From contig CM000151.3 in assembly GCA_000004695.1 (NCBI GenBank), positions 1,376,001 through 1,440,000 on the forward strand: 64,000 bases of DNA, in the 5' to 3' direction. The notes below the pieces were generated by a model. It saw only the letters and a list, made by a program, of their open reading frames with translations. It was not told the DNA's origin and did no database searches. Source of the DNA: Dictyostelium discoideum (lineage: Eukaryota). This document shows positions 1 through 11,818 of the stretch, one piece after another (the stretch's first letter is position 1; the number at the start of each line of letters is the position of its first letter). A program made the position numbers and the translations under genes.

Positions 1-137
1 CATTTTTAATTTTATTTTTTTTTATTTTTTTTTTTTTGATGTTGTGTTGTTTTTTTTTTTTTTATTTTTTTTTTTTTTATTTTTTTTAATTTTACCAGTA
101 ATAACCCTAATTTATAATAATAATAATAAAAAAAAAA

Positions 138-356
138 ATGACACCTTATTTGAAAATAATTAAATCATCATATACTCTTTTGTCATTTTTTTATTTTATT
201 GCAAATACAATTATAAGGACAATTCAAAATGTTCCAACTTCACATAAAATTATATTAGTTTCATTATATTATTTAGTATTTTCATTATTTATTACAAGAA
301 TATTTTATGGATCACCTTTAAAAATTATTTCAACTTATATTTATGGTAAATTTTAA
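138..356 (+). CDS. hypothetical small hydrophobic ORF (72 aa), possibly not a gene
   Basis: A 72-codon ORF without internal homopolymer runs, in a region that is otherwise about 90% AT. There is no homology I can recognise. It lies downstream of the KDEL receptor 3' end. Confidence 0.2.
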   Translation: MTPYLKIIKSSYTLLSFFYFIANTIIRTIQNVPTSHKIILVSLYYLVFSLFITRIFYGSPLKIISTYIYGKF

Positions 357-676
357 ATAATAATAAAAATATTAATGAATAAAAATAAAAATAAAAATAA
401 AAATAAAAATAAAAATAAAAATAAAAATAAAAAATAAATAAAGGATTTTAACCAAATTTTATTTAAACACTATTTTAGAGAAATTCGAGAGTGATCAAGT
501 TTCAACACTTTCATTATTTTTTACTTTATTTGTTTCAGTTTTATTATTTTCAAGTTTTTCAACAATTGGGATATCTTGAATCCTCACAGAAAAAAATAAA
601 AAAATAAAAAATGATAAAAAATAAATATTGTAAATAAATAAAATTAAATTTTGTATAAATAAGAAAATAAAATAAT

Positions 677-711
<35 letters not shown>

Positions 712-820
712 CTTAAACTCTTTTTGAATTTCTTTAATTCATTTTTATTTTTATTTTTATTTATTATAATTTATTTATTATAATTTATTTTTGTTATTTA
801 TTTATTTAATAATTTATTAC

Positions 821-1729
821 TTATTGTGGTAAGACTAATTTTTTACCATACATTCTGCTCTTTGCATAATAATAGAAAAAGTCGGCATATAGAATAGTTT
901 GAAGTAAACCACTAAGCATTTCAATTTTACCACTCCAATTATAGAAAGTGATTCTATAAATCCAATTAAACAAATAAAATGCTCTATAACCACCTAATAA
1001 AACAATGTAGTTGGATGTTAATGCTTCAACTTCACCTGTTCTTTGTAAAAGTATTAATTGTGGTAAAATTGCTATTGATTCTAAATAAATTGAAAATGTC
1101 CAAAGAATCTATTTAAAAAATAAATAAATAAATAAAAAAAAAAAAAAAGATATTAATAAATGATTTTCTATTTTTATTTTTTTTTTTTTATTTTTTTATT
1201 TTTTATTTTTTTATTTTTATAAATAGTTACCTCTAAAAATGTACTATAAATACCAATTGTCGTTTTATCATATGTAATTAATGAAAGAATTGCACATGAT
1301 GCAATTAAATAAACAATTTTAAAAGTATCATGATCTTTATCATAGGTGAATTTATACTTTCTTGCTATTAAATGTAATGTGTAATATGAAACTGCTATAT
1401 ATGTTATCTTCATAAATGTAATATAAAGTGAAACATAGTTGGTGAAAAGATCGAGATATCTTGCTGTGAATACAATTGTAAATAATATTTGTGATTTAAG
1501 TGAAACTCCTATAATTTTATAAAAAAAAAAAAATAAAAAAAAAAAAAAATAAAATAAAATAAAATAAAATTAATACCTTTTTATATACTTTTTTTTTATT
1601 ATTATAATTATTATTATTATGTTAATTTTAAAATTTACCTGCACATGATTTATCATTCTTTATTTTGAAAAGTAAAATAAGCATACTACCTAAATGTAGC
1701 ATATCGCCTAAAAAACTAAAAAGATTCAT
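821..1729 (-). CDS. ER lumen protein-retaining receptor (KDEL receptor/ERD2 family), 3 exons: 1729..1639, 1508..1231, 1108..821 (about 218 aa)
   Basis: Minus-strand translation gives [31 protein letters not shown] / [92 protein letters not shown] / [52 protein letters not shown]...[22 protein letters not shown]. It is collinear with metazoan KDELR1 ([37 protein letters not shown] motifs). Donors are GTAAAT and GTAACT, acceptors ATAG and ATAG, and splice phases are consistent. Confidence 0.85.
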
Positions 1730-1889
1730 TTCTTGTTTTATATATATTATATTCCTTTTTTATAAAAAAAAAAAAAAAAGGGATTGTCGAAAATATATAA
1801 ATAAAATTTTAATATAGACACGTGGATGATTTTTTTTTTTAATTTATGAATGATACCTTCAAAATGTTATTTAAAAATTTTATTTTTTT

Positions 1890-1920
<31 letters not shown>

Positions 1921-1921
1921 C

Positions 1922-1953
<32 letters not shown>

Positions 1954-2064
1954 CGCCAAAATTATTTCTTTTTCTTCAATTAATAAAAACCAAAAAACAA
2001 AAAAAAAAAATCACAAATTATATATATATATATGTATATTTTCAACAAATAAAAACAAATATTT

Positions 2065-5000
2065 ATGGCACATATATTGCAAAAAGATAAAAGGTTCTTT
2101 TTATATCAAGAACCTCCTCCTGGGTATATTGCTGGCTTTGGTAGAGGGTAAGTTTAAATTTATAATTATTATTTTTATTTATTTATTTTTTTTTTTTTAT
2201 AAAAAAAAAAAACTAAACTAAAACATCTTTAATTTCAAAATTAGTAACAATGTCTTTTAAAAAATAAAATAATATATATAATTAAAATAGGGCAGTTGGT
2301 TTTACAACTAGATTAGATATTGGTACAGCAAGAAATTCAGATATTCCAGGATTTCCAGGTAGAGATGATAAATCAAAATTAACATCAAATACAGGTGGAG
2401 AAGATGAGGATGAAGATGAACAATCAAATAAAGGTGGTGGTGGTGGTGATAATGGTAGATTTGATGAATTTGAAGGTAGTTCAACTGATAAATTATTTGA
2501 TTCAAATAAAGGTTATGATCAAGAAGATAAAGACGCAGATGCAATTTGGGATGCAATTGATAGTAAAATGGATTCACGTAGAAAAAAGAAACGTGAAGCA
2601 AATGAACAATTAAAAATTGAGAAACAACGTGAATCAAGACCAAAAATTCAACAACATTTACAAGATCTTAAACAGGATTTAGCAACAGTCTCTGAGGATC
2701 AATGGGCATCATTACCTGATGCTGGTGATTTATCAAGAAGAAATCAAAGAAAGAAAATGGAAATTTATACACCAGTACCAGATTCAGTATTGGAACGTGC
2801 TAAATCAGAGAATGAAACTTATTCAATTTTACAAACCAATAATGCAATGACAGCACCAGGTATTGGTTTAAGTGGTATTGATAATTCATCAGGTACATCA
2901 ACAACAGATTTAACACAGGTTGGATCAGCTAGAAAGACAGTATTGGATTTAAAATTACATCAAGTATCTGATAATGTTTCAGGAAAGACATGTGTGGATC
3001 CAAAAGGTTATTTAACCGATTTACGTAGTAAACGTATTGCATCAGACGCAGAGGTTGGCGATATAAAGAAGGCACGTTTATTATTTAAATCTGCAACTAC
3101 ATCCAATCCAAAACATTCACCAAGTTGGATTGCCGCTGCAAAATTAGAGGTATTGGCTGGTAAAATAGTGGATGCTCGTAAAATCATTGCACAAGCATGT
3201 AAAGAATGTCCAACCAGTGAAGAGGTTTGGATAGAGAATGCAAATTTACAAACACCCGACAATGCAAAGATAGTTTTAGCACAAGCTGTACGTGTGATAC
3301 CACATTCGGTAAAGATATGGTTATACGCTGCAAATTTGGAGAAACAATTGAAAATGAAAAAACGTGTATTACGTCGTGCACTTGAATTCATACCAACTTC
3401 TGTCAAACTTTGGAAAGAGGCAGTCGAATTGGAGGAACCTGAAGATGCTCGTATTCTATTGGGTCGTGCAGTTGAATGTGTTCCTGATAATATTGACCTT
3501 TGGTTAGCATTGGCAAATTTAGAAACCTATGAAAAAGCACGTGAAGTTTTAAATAAGGCTCGTCAAGCATTACCTTCCTCATCAGAGATTTGGATTTCCG
3601 CTGCACAATTGGAAGAATCACAAGGTAAAAATGATAATGTAAATAAGATTATAAAGAAAGCAATTAAATCACTTTGTTCTGGTGTTATGAATGTAATGAA
3701 TCGTGATAAATGGATAGCCGAAGCAGAGAAATCTGAAAAGAATCAATACTATGTCACTTGCCAAGCAATCATCTATGAAACCATTGGTATGGGTATTGAA
3801 GATGATGATAGAAAGAGAATTTGGGTAATTGATGCTGAAGAATGTTTATCAAGAGGTTCAATTAAAACCGCAAATGCAATCTATGCTCATATTCTATCAA
3901 TTTTCCCAACAAAGAAATCGGTTTGGTTAAAAGTTGCTCAATTAGAGAAACAACATGGTACCAAGGAAACTTTGGATCAAACTTTAGAGAAAGCAACACA
4001 AAAATGTCCACAATATGAAAACCTTTGGTTAATGTATGCCAAAGAGAAATGGATCTCTGGTGATGTAGCAAAAGCAAGAGAAATTTTAGCACAAGCATTT
4101 AAATTTAATCCTGGTAGTGAAAATATTTGGGTTGCAGCCGTAAAGATTGAAAGTGAAATGAATGAATTAAGAGCAGCAAGAAACCTATTAAAGAAAGCAA
4201 GAGAAATAGCAGGTACTGAAAGAATTTGGATGAAATCTGCTTTATTAGAACGTGAATTAGGTGGTGATCAAAAACTTGAATTATCTTTAATTGAACAAGG
4301 TTTACAAAAATATCCAAATAGTTTTAAATTATGGTTAATGAAAGCACAATTAGAAGAACGTCAAGCTATAGCAAATCATCAAAATAATCAAAATAATCAA
4401 AATAATCAAAATAATCAAAATAATCAAAATAATCAAAATAATAATTTACAACAAATTTCATTAACATCAATTGAAATAATTCGTCAAACATATAAAAATG
4501 CAACAGTTAAATGTCCAAATAATGGTTCAGTTTGGATAGAAGCAAGTAGATTTGAAAAACGTAATCAAAATTTTAATCGTGCTAGAGCATTGTTAGAACA
4601 AGCAAAATTAAAGAATCCAACAGATGATGATATATTTTTAGAGTTTGTTAGATTTGAAGATTCATTAGGTAATAGAAAACAAGCAGCAACTATATTGGCA
4701 TTGGGAATTCAAGCATCACCAAAATCTGGTAAACTTTGGGCTGAATTAATTGCAATGGAACCAAGACATTCTCAACGTAATAAATGTGTTGATGCTTTGA
4801 ATCGTTGTAATAATGATCCATATGTATTCACTCAAGTCTCTAAAATCTTTTGGATGGATGGTAAATTGGATAAAGCTAAACAATGGTATCAACGTGTCAC
4901 TACAACTTTTCCAGAATTTGGTGATGGTTGGGCTTATTATTATGCTTTTATTTTAAAATTTGAACCAGAAAATAAAGATCAAATCTTAAAGAAATGTGTT

Positions 5001-5135
5001 GAAGCTGAACCAAATTTAGGTGAACACTGGATTAAAGTTTCAAAACAAGTTGGTAATTCTCGTTTAAAAACTGATCAAATTTTAAAATTAGTTTCTTTTA
5101 ATTTATCAAAATCTTTATTACAACAACAACAACAA

Positions 5136-5195
<60 letters not shown>

Positions 5196-5252
5196 AATAA
5201 TAATCAACAAAAAACAACAACAACAACTACAACAACTACTTTACAACATTAA
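2065..5252 (+). CDS. prpf6: pre-mRNA-processing factor 6 (PRP6, U5 snRNP-associated HAT/TPR-repeat protein), exons 2065..2147 and 2291..5252 (about 1014 aa)
   Basis: Exon 1 encodes MAHILQKDKRFFLYQEPPPGYIAGFGRG and is followed by GTAAGT. The intron ends AAAATAG at 2290. Exon 2 continues AVGFTTRLDIGTARNSDIPG...DADAIWDAIDSKMDSRRKKKREANEQ. Serial HAT repeats follow (NIWVAAVKIESEMNELRAARNLLKKAR, RIWMKSALLERELG), collinear with human PRPF6. The C-terminal polyQ/polyT tail is encoded by (CAA)n. Confidence 0.9.
4381..4443 (+). repeat. 9-bp coding tandem repeat (CAAAATAAT)x7 encoding (NQN)n inside prpf6
   Basis: The direct repeat is visible at 4381-4443. Confidence 0.9.
5104..5205 (+). repeat. (CAA)n / CAG microsatellite encoding a polyQ tract at the prpf6 C-terminus
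   Basis: Uninterrupted CAA/CAG codons. Confidence 0.9.
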
Positions 5253-5314
5253 TTTTTTTATTTTTATTTATTTATTTATTTTTTTTTTTTTTTCTTTAAT
5301 AAATAAAATTTATT

Positions 5315-8300
5315 TTAATTTGTAAAAACTATTTTAGGTAATTCTAGTGGTAAAATATTAATTATATTTTGTTTAAAATAATCTAAATTTGGAACTTCTA
5401 ATGTTGTTAAAGTTTTAGGTATTGAACCAATTATTAATGGTTGTTTTAAATTTTCAATTTTAAGATATTTAATAGTTGAGGGAATTGTATTTGGATGAAT
5501 TATATGATTATAATTTTGATGAATATGTAATGATGTTACACTTGGTGGAAATGTTTCATTTTCTATTAATGGATAAGTTATAGAATGAATGTGAACTTTT
5601 TCAATACCATTTGTAATTATACCTTTGGTTAATGGGTAGTTATAAGAATTATGAAATTCTATACAAGTTAATTGCTCTGGAATTGATTCAATTAATAATG
5701 GTTCTTTAATATTATAAACATGTAAATAACCAACAGTACTAGGAATAATACCTTTGGTTATCGATTGATTGAATCCGTTACCTAGGGTTAATGAAATTAC
5801 ACCTGATGGTATTGATCCAATTGAAAGTTGACTTTTAATATCATAAAGGTATAAATTTTTGACAGTTTCAGGAATTAAACCACTTGTTAAATTTTGATTA
5901 AAACCATTTGCTAATTTTAGTATCCTTACACTTGATGGTATTGAACCAGCTAAAATCGGGGTTTTAATATCATTTAAAACTAATAAAGTTACACTATTTG
6001 GTATAATTCCACTAAGAAGAGATGATGAGAAGTTTTCCTCTAAATATAGAGTTTCAACCGAACTTGGAATTGAATTTGGTTTTAGTTGATACATTGTTGA
6101 ACCAATATGAAGTGAGACAATAGTTTTAGGTATTACACCCTTTACTAAATCTTGATCAATATTTTTTAAATATAAACGTCTTGTTTGATCTGGAATTTGA
6201 AAATAATATAAATCAACTTGAGAATCGAGTAATAAATTTTGAGGATTAAAATCTGGAATTTCGCAATCATTAAAACATCTTAAAAATATCTCATTATTAA
6301 ATCTAACCTCGTCTGGTTTATAAAATGATTTTAAATCTGTTGTTTCCTTTGATTCTAAATTAATGTTTCTCTTTGGAAATAAATAATTATCAATTTTGTT
6401 TTTAAATGATTGAATGGTTTGATGTCTATGATTAAAACTAGTTGGTGACCATAAAAATAAAGAGTCTTTAAAATTATATTTTTCCATAAAGTCTTTAATT
6501 AAATTTCTATTAACCGGTGAAATTGTTATATATGAAGAGTTTGAAGCACCACAAACTAAAAGAATACGCTCCAACTTTGATTTAACTATTGAAGTATTTG
6601 TATATATTAAATTTAATGGAAGTGTTAAAGAGGCAATACTCTTTGGATTATCTAAATCATAGATTACGAAAATATAGTTTGAAATATTAAAAAGATTATG
6701 ATTTCCAATATTTTGATCACCTCTTGTCCAAATTTCAACATCTTTACTAACAAATCCTCTTAAAGGACTATCGTTATTATTACTATTATTATTATTATTA
6801 ATATTGTTGTTGTTTGGTGTTTCACTTGTAATTACATAGTCATTATTTGAACGAAAATGTGAAAAGTATGGATTATCTGGTGTGCCAATTAAATTAATTT
6901 TTATTCTTGCTAATTGAGCTTTTAATAAATTATTTCTTGGATCATGAATAGGATCAGCACCATTAACGGATGGAGGTACTTTCAATACTTTTAAAGATCT
7001 AGCTTCACCCAATAAATCCACTAAACCATCACAACCTTCTAATAGAATAGTATGAGCAACAGGAAGATTAAAATAAAGACATTTTAATTTTTTAATTGAA
7101 CGAGCAAGCAATACCTCTAAATTATTAAAATGTAAAAATAATTCAGAACTTTGTAAATTTGAACCAGAAATATCTAAACGTACCAAGTTTGAAAATTTTT
7201 TAATATTATCTAATACACTTAGATTTGAAATTGAGTTTTCAAAAATACAACGAGTAACATTTCCCATTATCACATAAAACTCTTTAAGTGCTTTACAATT
7301 AATTGCACTGATTGTTGATAAATTGTTTGCTTCTATTCTAACATTTGTTAAATTTATACAATTATCAATTTTAAAACGTTTTAAAGATGGAAATTTTAAA
7401 AAAATAAAACCTGCATAATCATATGTTAAAGTTTTAATACCAAGACATTCTGATAGATCTAATACTACCAATGTATCCAATTTAAAAGTTAATAATTCAT
7501 TTCTCGTCACTATAGAATTCACCAATGATATCGAAGCTATTTCTTTATTCTTTAAAATTTCAAATAATGATTTTTGTCTTGTTTCACTAAAATCTTTGAA
7601 ATTGGTTTCTCTTAAAAATGTTGCAAATTGATTAATTTCAATTTTAAATTGAGAACTACTATTTTTTTCAAACTCTTCAAAAAAGTGATGAATATTTTGA
7701 AATTTCATTTTACAAAAATCATCCAATTCTTCCAATGCTTTTCTTGGTCCAAAATTACCACTCCAAAGAGCATTTTGAATTTCATTAGAATCTGGTAAAT
7801 CTCTAGATTCTAATAAAATTTTAGATTTATTTTTTGTTGTTCCTGTATCTTCTCCAACTTTAAGATTAAAATATTTTCTATATTTTCCAACTAATGATAA
7901 ATCTGAATTAAATAATAAATCTCTATATCTATTTGCAATCATTGGTTCTAATTCTTCTAATAATTCAAAGTGTGTAATTTTTTTAAAATTATTATTATTA
8001 TTATTATTATTTTCTTGATCAGGACTATTATTTTCTTTATCTTTAATTTCATTAGTTTGTGAGGTAATTATTTGTTGTAAACGTGTTAATTTACTAAACA
8101 TTTGTTTGATCATACCTTTACTAAAAGATATACCAATAATTGTAATTCTTTGACTTAATAATAATTTTTCATTTGATTTAAAGTGATCTATTGAAGCATC
8201 ATGTTGATCAATTAAATTTGTTACCCAATCTCTACAAACTTTATAGATATCCATATTTTTAATAGCATCAATAACATCTTGATGTATTGGTTGTTTCATT

Positions 8301-11300
8301 TGTTCAAATAAATATAAAGCAGATTCAGTTTGATATGATACCTTACTTAATAAATTAAATGGACCACTTACCTTTGCCACAGAAGGCATAAAACATTGTT
8401 CATTATCAATTGAATATAGTTTATATTTATATTTATTTATTGAATTGGTAGTATCTTCACTATGATTCGAATCATCAATAACTTGAGAGATAATAAAATT
8501 ACCTAAATTACCATCTGCATTATTTACCAACATACTTGTTACTAATTGTTTTGATATATTTGATTGATCTAATTTATTTAATAGTTCTTGACTTTCTTTA
8601 TCACTAAAAGAATCTGGGTTATCTATAACATCAGCTAAAGTTATACCTTCCACTTGTTGAATTAATAAAACTGGTGTTCCACCATTTATCGAAGCCAATT
8701 CGCAATAGGGTGAACAAAAACCAAATAATGCTTCAGATAATCTAATTACGGAAAGTTCAGTTCCTGGGAATTGTGGCTCAAATTTGAAATAGATACCATT
8801 ACCAAATACATCATTAATAAAGGTTACAGATCTTCCACCATGTTTATTTCTTCTAATTGGTTGATTAGTTTCACTATCGAATAAAATATTCCAAAATTCT
8901 TTTGAAACTATTCTTTTCTCACCAATTACTGGTGAAATTAATCTCTTTTTAAAATCTTCATCATCATTATCATCCAATCCAACAATTGGTAATAATTTGT
9001 TCAAAGTTATTGCCCAAGATATTTTTGGATTTTGTTGAAATAATAATTTTAAATAAGGTCTAAAATCATATCTTTCATCGTCGGTCAATTGTTGACAATA
9101 ATAATTTGAAATTAAAACTTGATCTGAATTTTTACCCGCACCTAAATCAATTAACAATTTAAAAAGTTCAAATTGTTTATTTAATACCACTAAATCTAAA
9201 ATGGTTTTACCATCTTCAACTAAATTAATATCAAATCCAAATGATTTAATTAATAATAAAATATATTTTGAAACTTGATCAGTTTTCTTCTTTTCTTCAC
9301 TATTACTATTACTAATACAATCAAAATCAATTAAAAGTGAATGTAAAATTGATTTTTCATTTGTAGAGATAATTTCTTGATTAGAATAATTAATAAACTT
9401 AATAAATTTATTAATTAATTCTTCACTTGCAAAACCTCTAAATAATGAAATTAAAACTAATTTCTTTGAATCAAAAAATGATTTATGAATTTTATAGAAT
9501 GGTGTATTATCTGTACTACTTTTAATAAAGTTAGGGTTGACTTCAAATAATGGAGAGCTCATTTCATTTTTAAAATAATTAAATACCATTTCTAACCATT
9601 GAATTAAATGAAGATTATTTGATTGAAAATCTTTAAATTCTGCTTTTGCAATGATATATCTAATGATTTTATCAAATGAAACATCTGATTTATCAAGTGG
9701 ATTCGATTGTTCTTTAAGGTATTGATTAATTTGATCTTTTAATAACTTTTTTTCAGCTTCAGTACCATGTCTAAATAATAATTGATTTAAATTTAAATTA
9801 CCATGAAAAATATCTCTTGCTTGATCTTTAACATTTGTATGACCGAAATGTTTTGAAAAGAAATTATAATAATAATAAGCAAATGGATGAACTTGTTTAA
9901 ATAAATCTTGATGAGTAATCTCTTCAGATATTGAAAGTTGTTGAATTAAAATTTTAAATCTGTCAATCATATTACTAATGAAACGAATTGAAATAGTCCA
10001 TGGAATTTCCATATCTTCTCTAAAATTCGCTATTCTTGATTCAGCTTCTAAAGTTTTTGAAAATAAAGTTTCATAAATTTCATTATTCTCTTTTAAACTA
10101 TTAATCCAATTTAAAATGAAAACAAATGGATTATGTTTAATAAATTGGTTTCTAATTATAGAATTTACACTTTTTAACATTAATGGCTCAATCGTGAATA
10201 AAATATTCTTAACACCAATTTGCAAATCATTATTTTTGATTTCAATTTCATCAGATTGTAAACAATTATCATTATCAATACCAATTATTCTTTTTGTACC
10301 TTTTTCAATTATGTAATTATCATCCTTTGCATCTGTTGACATTATTAAAAAGTTTGACAGAACATGAGCACTAAAACTTTCTTCATCCAATGGTAGTGAA
10401 CCAATCTTTTTATTAAAATTTTCAATAACATCAGTAAAAGAATCACCATCAACCTTTAAAGAAGATTGAATGAATAATGATTGATTTCTCTCTTTTAAAC
10501 ATTTTTTAATGGTTTCTTTTAAAGTTGGATTATTTTCAAATACAGCTCCAATGGAATTACTTAAATTATTCTCTTGCACCTGTTTTGAAAATTCTTTTTT
10601 CTCATTACTAGATTCGATTGGTAAGAAAGGTAATCTTGATAAATATAGTAATTTCGTTGGTGTAACCAATGAGTAGTCTAAATCTGGATAAAGTTGTTTA
10701 TAGAATTGGAATATTGAATGTTCTTTAGCTGGTCTCAGTAAAGTATTTCCGTTGTCAACTTTGAAATACATTTCATCATATCTTGAGACATAACTCGTTC
10801 CAAATTCATTATCTTTCACATAAGATAACGTATCAGGATCATACGATGAAATTTGGTATGCCGATTTCAATGAATTCAAATTTCTATATCTTAAATTACC
10901 ATCACTTTCATAACTATCAATTAATACTAATGGATTTTCTTCATATAAATTTGAATCTTTTTTTTTAGCTAGTTCAACTAAATTTTTTGAATAAATTTCT
11001 AATTGTTCAATGTAACCATTTAATAACATTTTTAAATCTTCTTTAATTCTTAATTGATTTTCATCATCATGATCACCATAATCATCATCATTTTTTTCAT
11101 CCAATTTTAATAAAACTTGTGATACCTTATTAATATTCAAAATTAATGAATTAAATAAAGGATGTTCAATTGATGGTGATTTCGTAAATTCATTATATTT
11201 AATTGCTTTATCCATTACTTTTACAAACTTTTCTGGTGATAAAACTAATCCTTTGACCATGTTTATTAATTTATCATCCTTTAATTTTGATAAATAAATT

Positions 11301-11377
11301 TCAATTTCCTTGTGATAGGCTATTGTTGTTATCTTTTTTAGATTTTCTAATAAAAGATTTTCTTTTTCATTCTTCAT
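5315..11377 (-). CDS. very large (2020 aa) FNIP-repeat / leucine-rich-repeat containing protein with a possible atypical kinase-like central region; single exon
   Basis: An uninterrupted 6063-nt minus-strand ORF. The C-terminal roughly 370 aa are tandem FNIP repeats (IPSSVETLYL..., GIIPNSVTLLVL..., GSIPSSVRILKLANGFNQNLTSGLIPETVKNLYL..., a Dictyostelium-specific repeat class). Upstream is a Cys-containing LRR-like stretch (LDLSECLGIKTL...NLEVLLARSIKKLKCL). The central block KHGGRSVTFINDVFGNGIYFKFEPQFPGTELSVIRLSEALFGFCSPYCELASINGGTPVLLIQQVEGITLADVI is reminiscent of a PI3K/PI4K-like or atypical kinase catalytic core; that part is speculation. Confidence 0.85.
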   Translation of the reverse strand: MKNEKENLLLENLKKITTIAYHKEIEIYLSKLKDDKLINMVKGLVLSPEKFVKVMDKAIKYNEFTKSPSIEHPLFNSLILNINKVSQVLLKLDEKNDDDYGDHDDENQLRIKEDLKMLLNGYIEQLEIYSKNLVELAKKKDSNLYEENPLVLIDSYESDGNLRYRNLNSLKSAYQISSYDPDTLSYVKDNEFGTSYVSRYDEMYFKVDNGNTLLRPAKEHSIFQFYKQLYPDLDYSLVTPTKLLYLSRLPFLPIESSNEKKEFSKQVQENNLSNSIGAVFENNPTLKETIKKCLKERNQSLFIQSSLKVDGDSFTDVIENFNKKIGSLPLDEESFSAHVLSNFLIMSTDAKDDNYIIEKGTKRIIGIDNDNCLQSDEIEIKNNDLQIGVKNILFTIEPLMLKSVNSIIRNQFIKHNPFVFILNWINSLKENNEIYETLFSKTLEAESRIANFREDMEIPWTISIRFISNMIDRFKILIQQLSISEEITHQDLFKQVHPFAYYYYNFFSKHFGHTNVKDQARDIFHGNLNLNQLLFRHGTEAEKKLLKDQINQYLKEQSNPLDKSDVSFDKIIRYIIAKAEFKDFQSNNLHLIQWLEMVFNYFKNEMSSPLFEVNPNFIKSSTDNTPFYKIHKSFFDSKKLVLISLFRGFASEELINKFIKFINYSNQEIISTNEKSILHSLLIDFDCISNSNSEEKKKTDQVSKYILLLIKSFGFDINLVEDGKTILDLVVLNKQFELFKLLIDLGAGKNSDQVLISNYYCQQLTDDERYDFRPYLKLLFQQNPKISWAITLNKLLPIVGLDDNDDEDFKKRLISPVIGEKRIVSKEFWNILFDSETNQPIRRNKHGGRSVTFINDVFGNGIYFKFEPQFPGTELSVIRLSEALFGFCSPYCELASINGGTPVLLIQQVEGITLADVIDNPDSFSDKESQELLNKLDQSNISKQLVTSMLVNNADGNLGNFIISQVIDDSNHSEDTTNSINKYKYKLYSIDNEQCFMPSVAKVSGPFNLLSKVSYQTESALYLFEQMKQPIHQDVIDAIKNMDIYKVCRDWVTNLIDQHDASIDHFKSNEKLLLSQRITIIGISFSKGMIKQMFSKLTRLQQIITSQTNEIKDKENNSPDQENNNNNNNNFKKITHFELLEELEPMIANRYRDLLFNSDLSLVGKYRKYFNLKVGEDTGTTKNKSKILLESRDLPDSNEIQNALWSGNFGPRKALEELDDFCKMKFQNIHHFFEEFEKNSSSQFKIEINQFATFLRETNFKDFSETRQKSLFEILKNKEIASISLVNSIVTRNELLTFKLDTLVVLDLSECLGIKTLTYDYAGFIFLKFPSLKRFKIDNCINLTNVRIEANNLSTISAINCKALKEFYVIMGNVTRCIFENSISNLSVLDNIKKFSNLVRLDISGSNLQSSELFLHFNNLEVLLARSIKKLKCLYFNLPVAHTILLEGCDGLVDLLGEARSLKVLKVPPSVNGADPIHDPRNNLLKAQLARIKINLIGTPDNPYFSHFRSNNDYVITSETPNNNNINNNNNSNNNDSPLRGFVSKDVEIWTRGDQNIGNHNLFNISNYIFVIYDLDNPKSIASLTLPLNLIYTNTSIVKSKLERILLVCGASNSSYITISPVNRNLIKDFMEKYNFKDSLFLWSPTSFNHRHQTIQSFKNKIDNYLFPKRNINLESKETTDLKSFYKPDEVRFNNEIFLRCFNDCEIPDFNPQNLLLDSQVDLYYFQIPDQTRRLYLKNIDQDLVKGVIPKTIVSLHIGSTMYQLKPNSIPSSVETLYLEENFSSSLLSGIIPNSVTLLVLNDIKTPILAGSIPSSVRILKLANGFNQNLTSGLIPETVKNLYLYDIKSQLSIGSIPSGVISLTLGNGFNQSITKGIIPSTVGYLHVYNIKEPLLIESIPEQLTCIEFHNSYNYPLTKGIITNGIEKVHIHSITYPLIENETFPPSVTSLHIHQNYNHIIHPNTIPSTIKYLKIENLKQPLIIGSIPKTLTTLEVPNLDYFKQNIINILPLELPKIVFTN

Positions 11378-11608
11378 TTTTTCACTTTAGTAATATGAAA
11401 AAGATTTTTAAAAATATTTTAAAAAAATAAAACAAAATAAAATAAAAAAAAAAAAAAAAAAAAAAAAATCAAAACCGGCGAGGAATTTTAAGTGTTTTTT
11501 ATATTATTTTAGGTTTTAAAATTAAATTAGGCACTTGTTTTTTTTTTTTCTTTTTTTTTTTTATTAATTGTCACTACTAAAATTTATTTATCTTTAATTA
11601 ATTAATTA

Positions 11609-11647
<39 letters not shown>

Positions 11648-11684
11648 TTTTAAAACCATTAAAAAAAGATTTAAAGTGGAAATA

Positions 11685-11715
<31 letters not shown>

Positions 11716-11818
11716 TTTTGAGTTTTTATAATAAAATCTTAAAAAAAATTTTTTCAAAAAAAAAAAAATCTTTTTTTCCTTTTTTTTTTTTTTTTAAAAA
11801 ATATTTTAAAATGAACTT

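Noticed and set aside
3008-4317. Minus-strand ORFs inside the prpf6 coding region (3008..3406, 3184..3381, 3403..3621, 3862..4098, 4105..4317)
   Set aside because: They are antisense to a strongly supported, conserved plus-strand CDS, and they have no homology.
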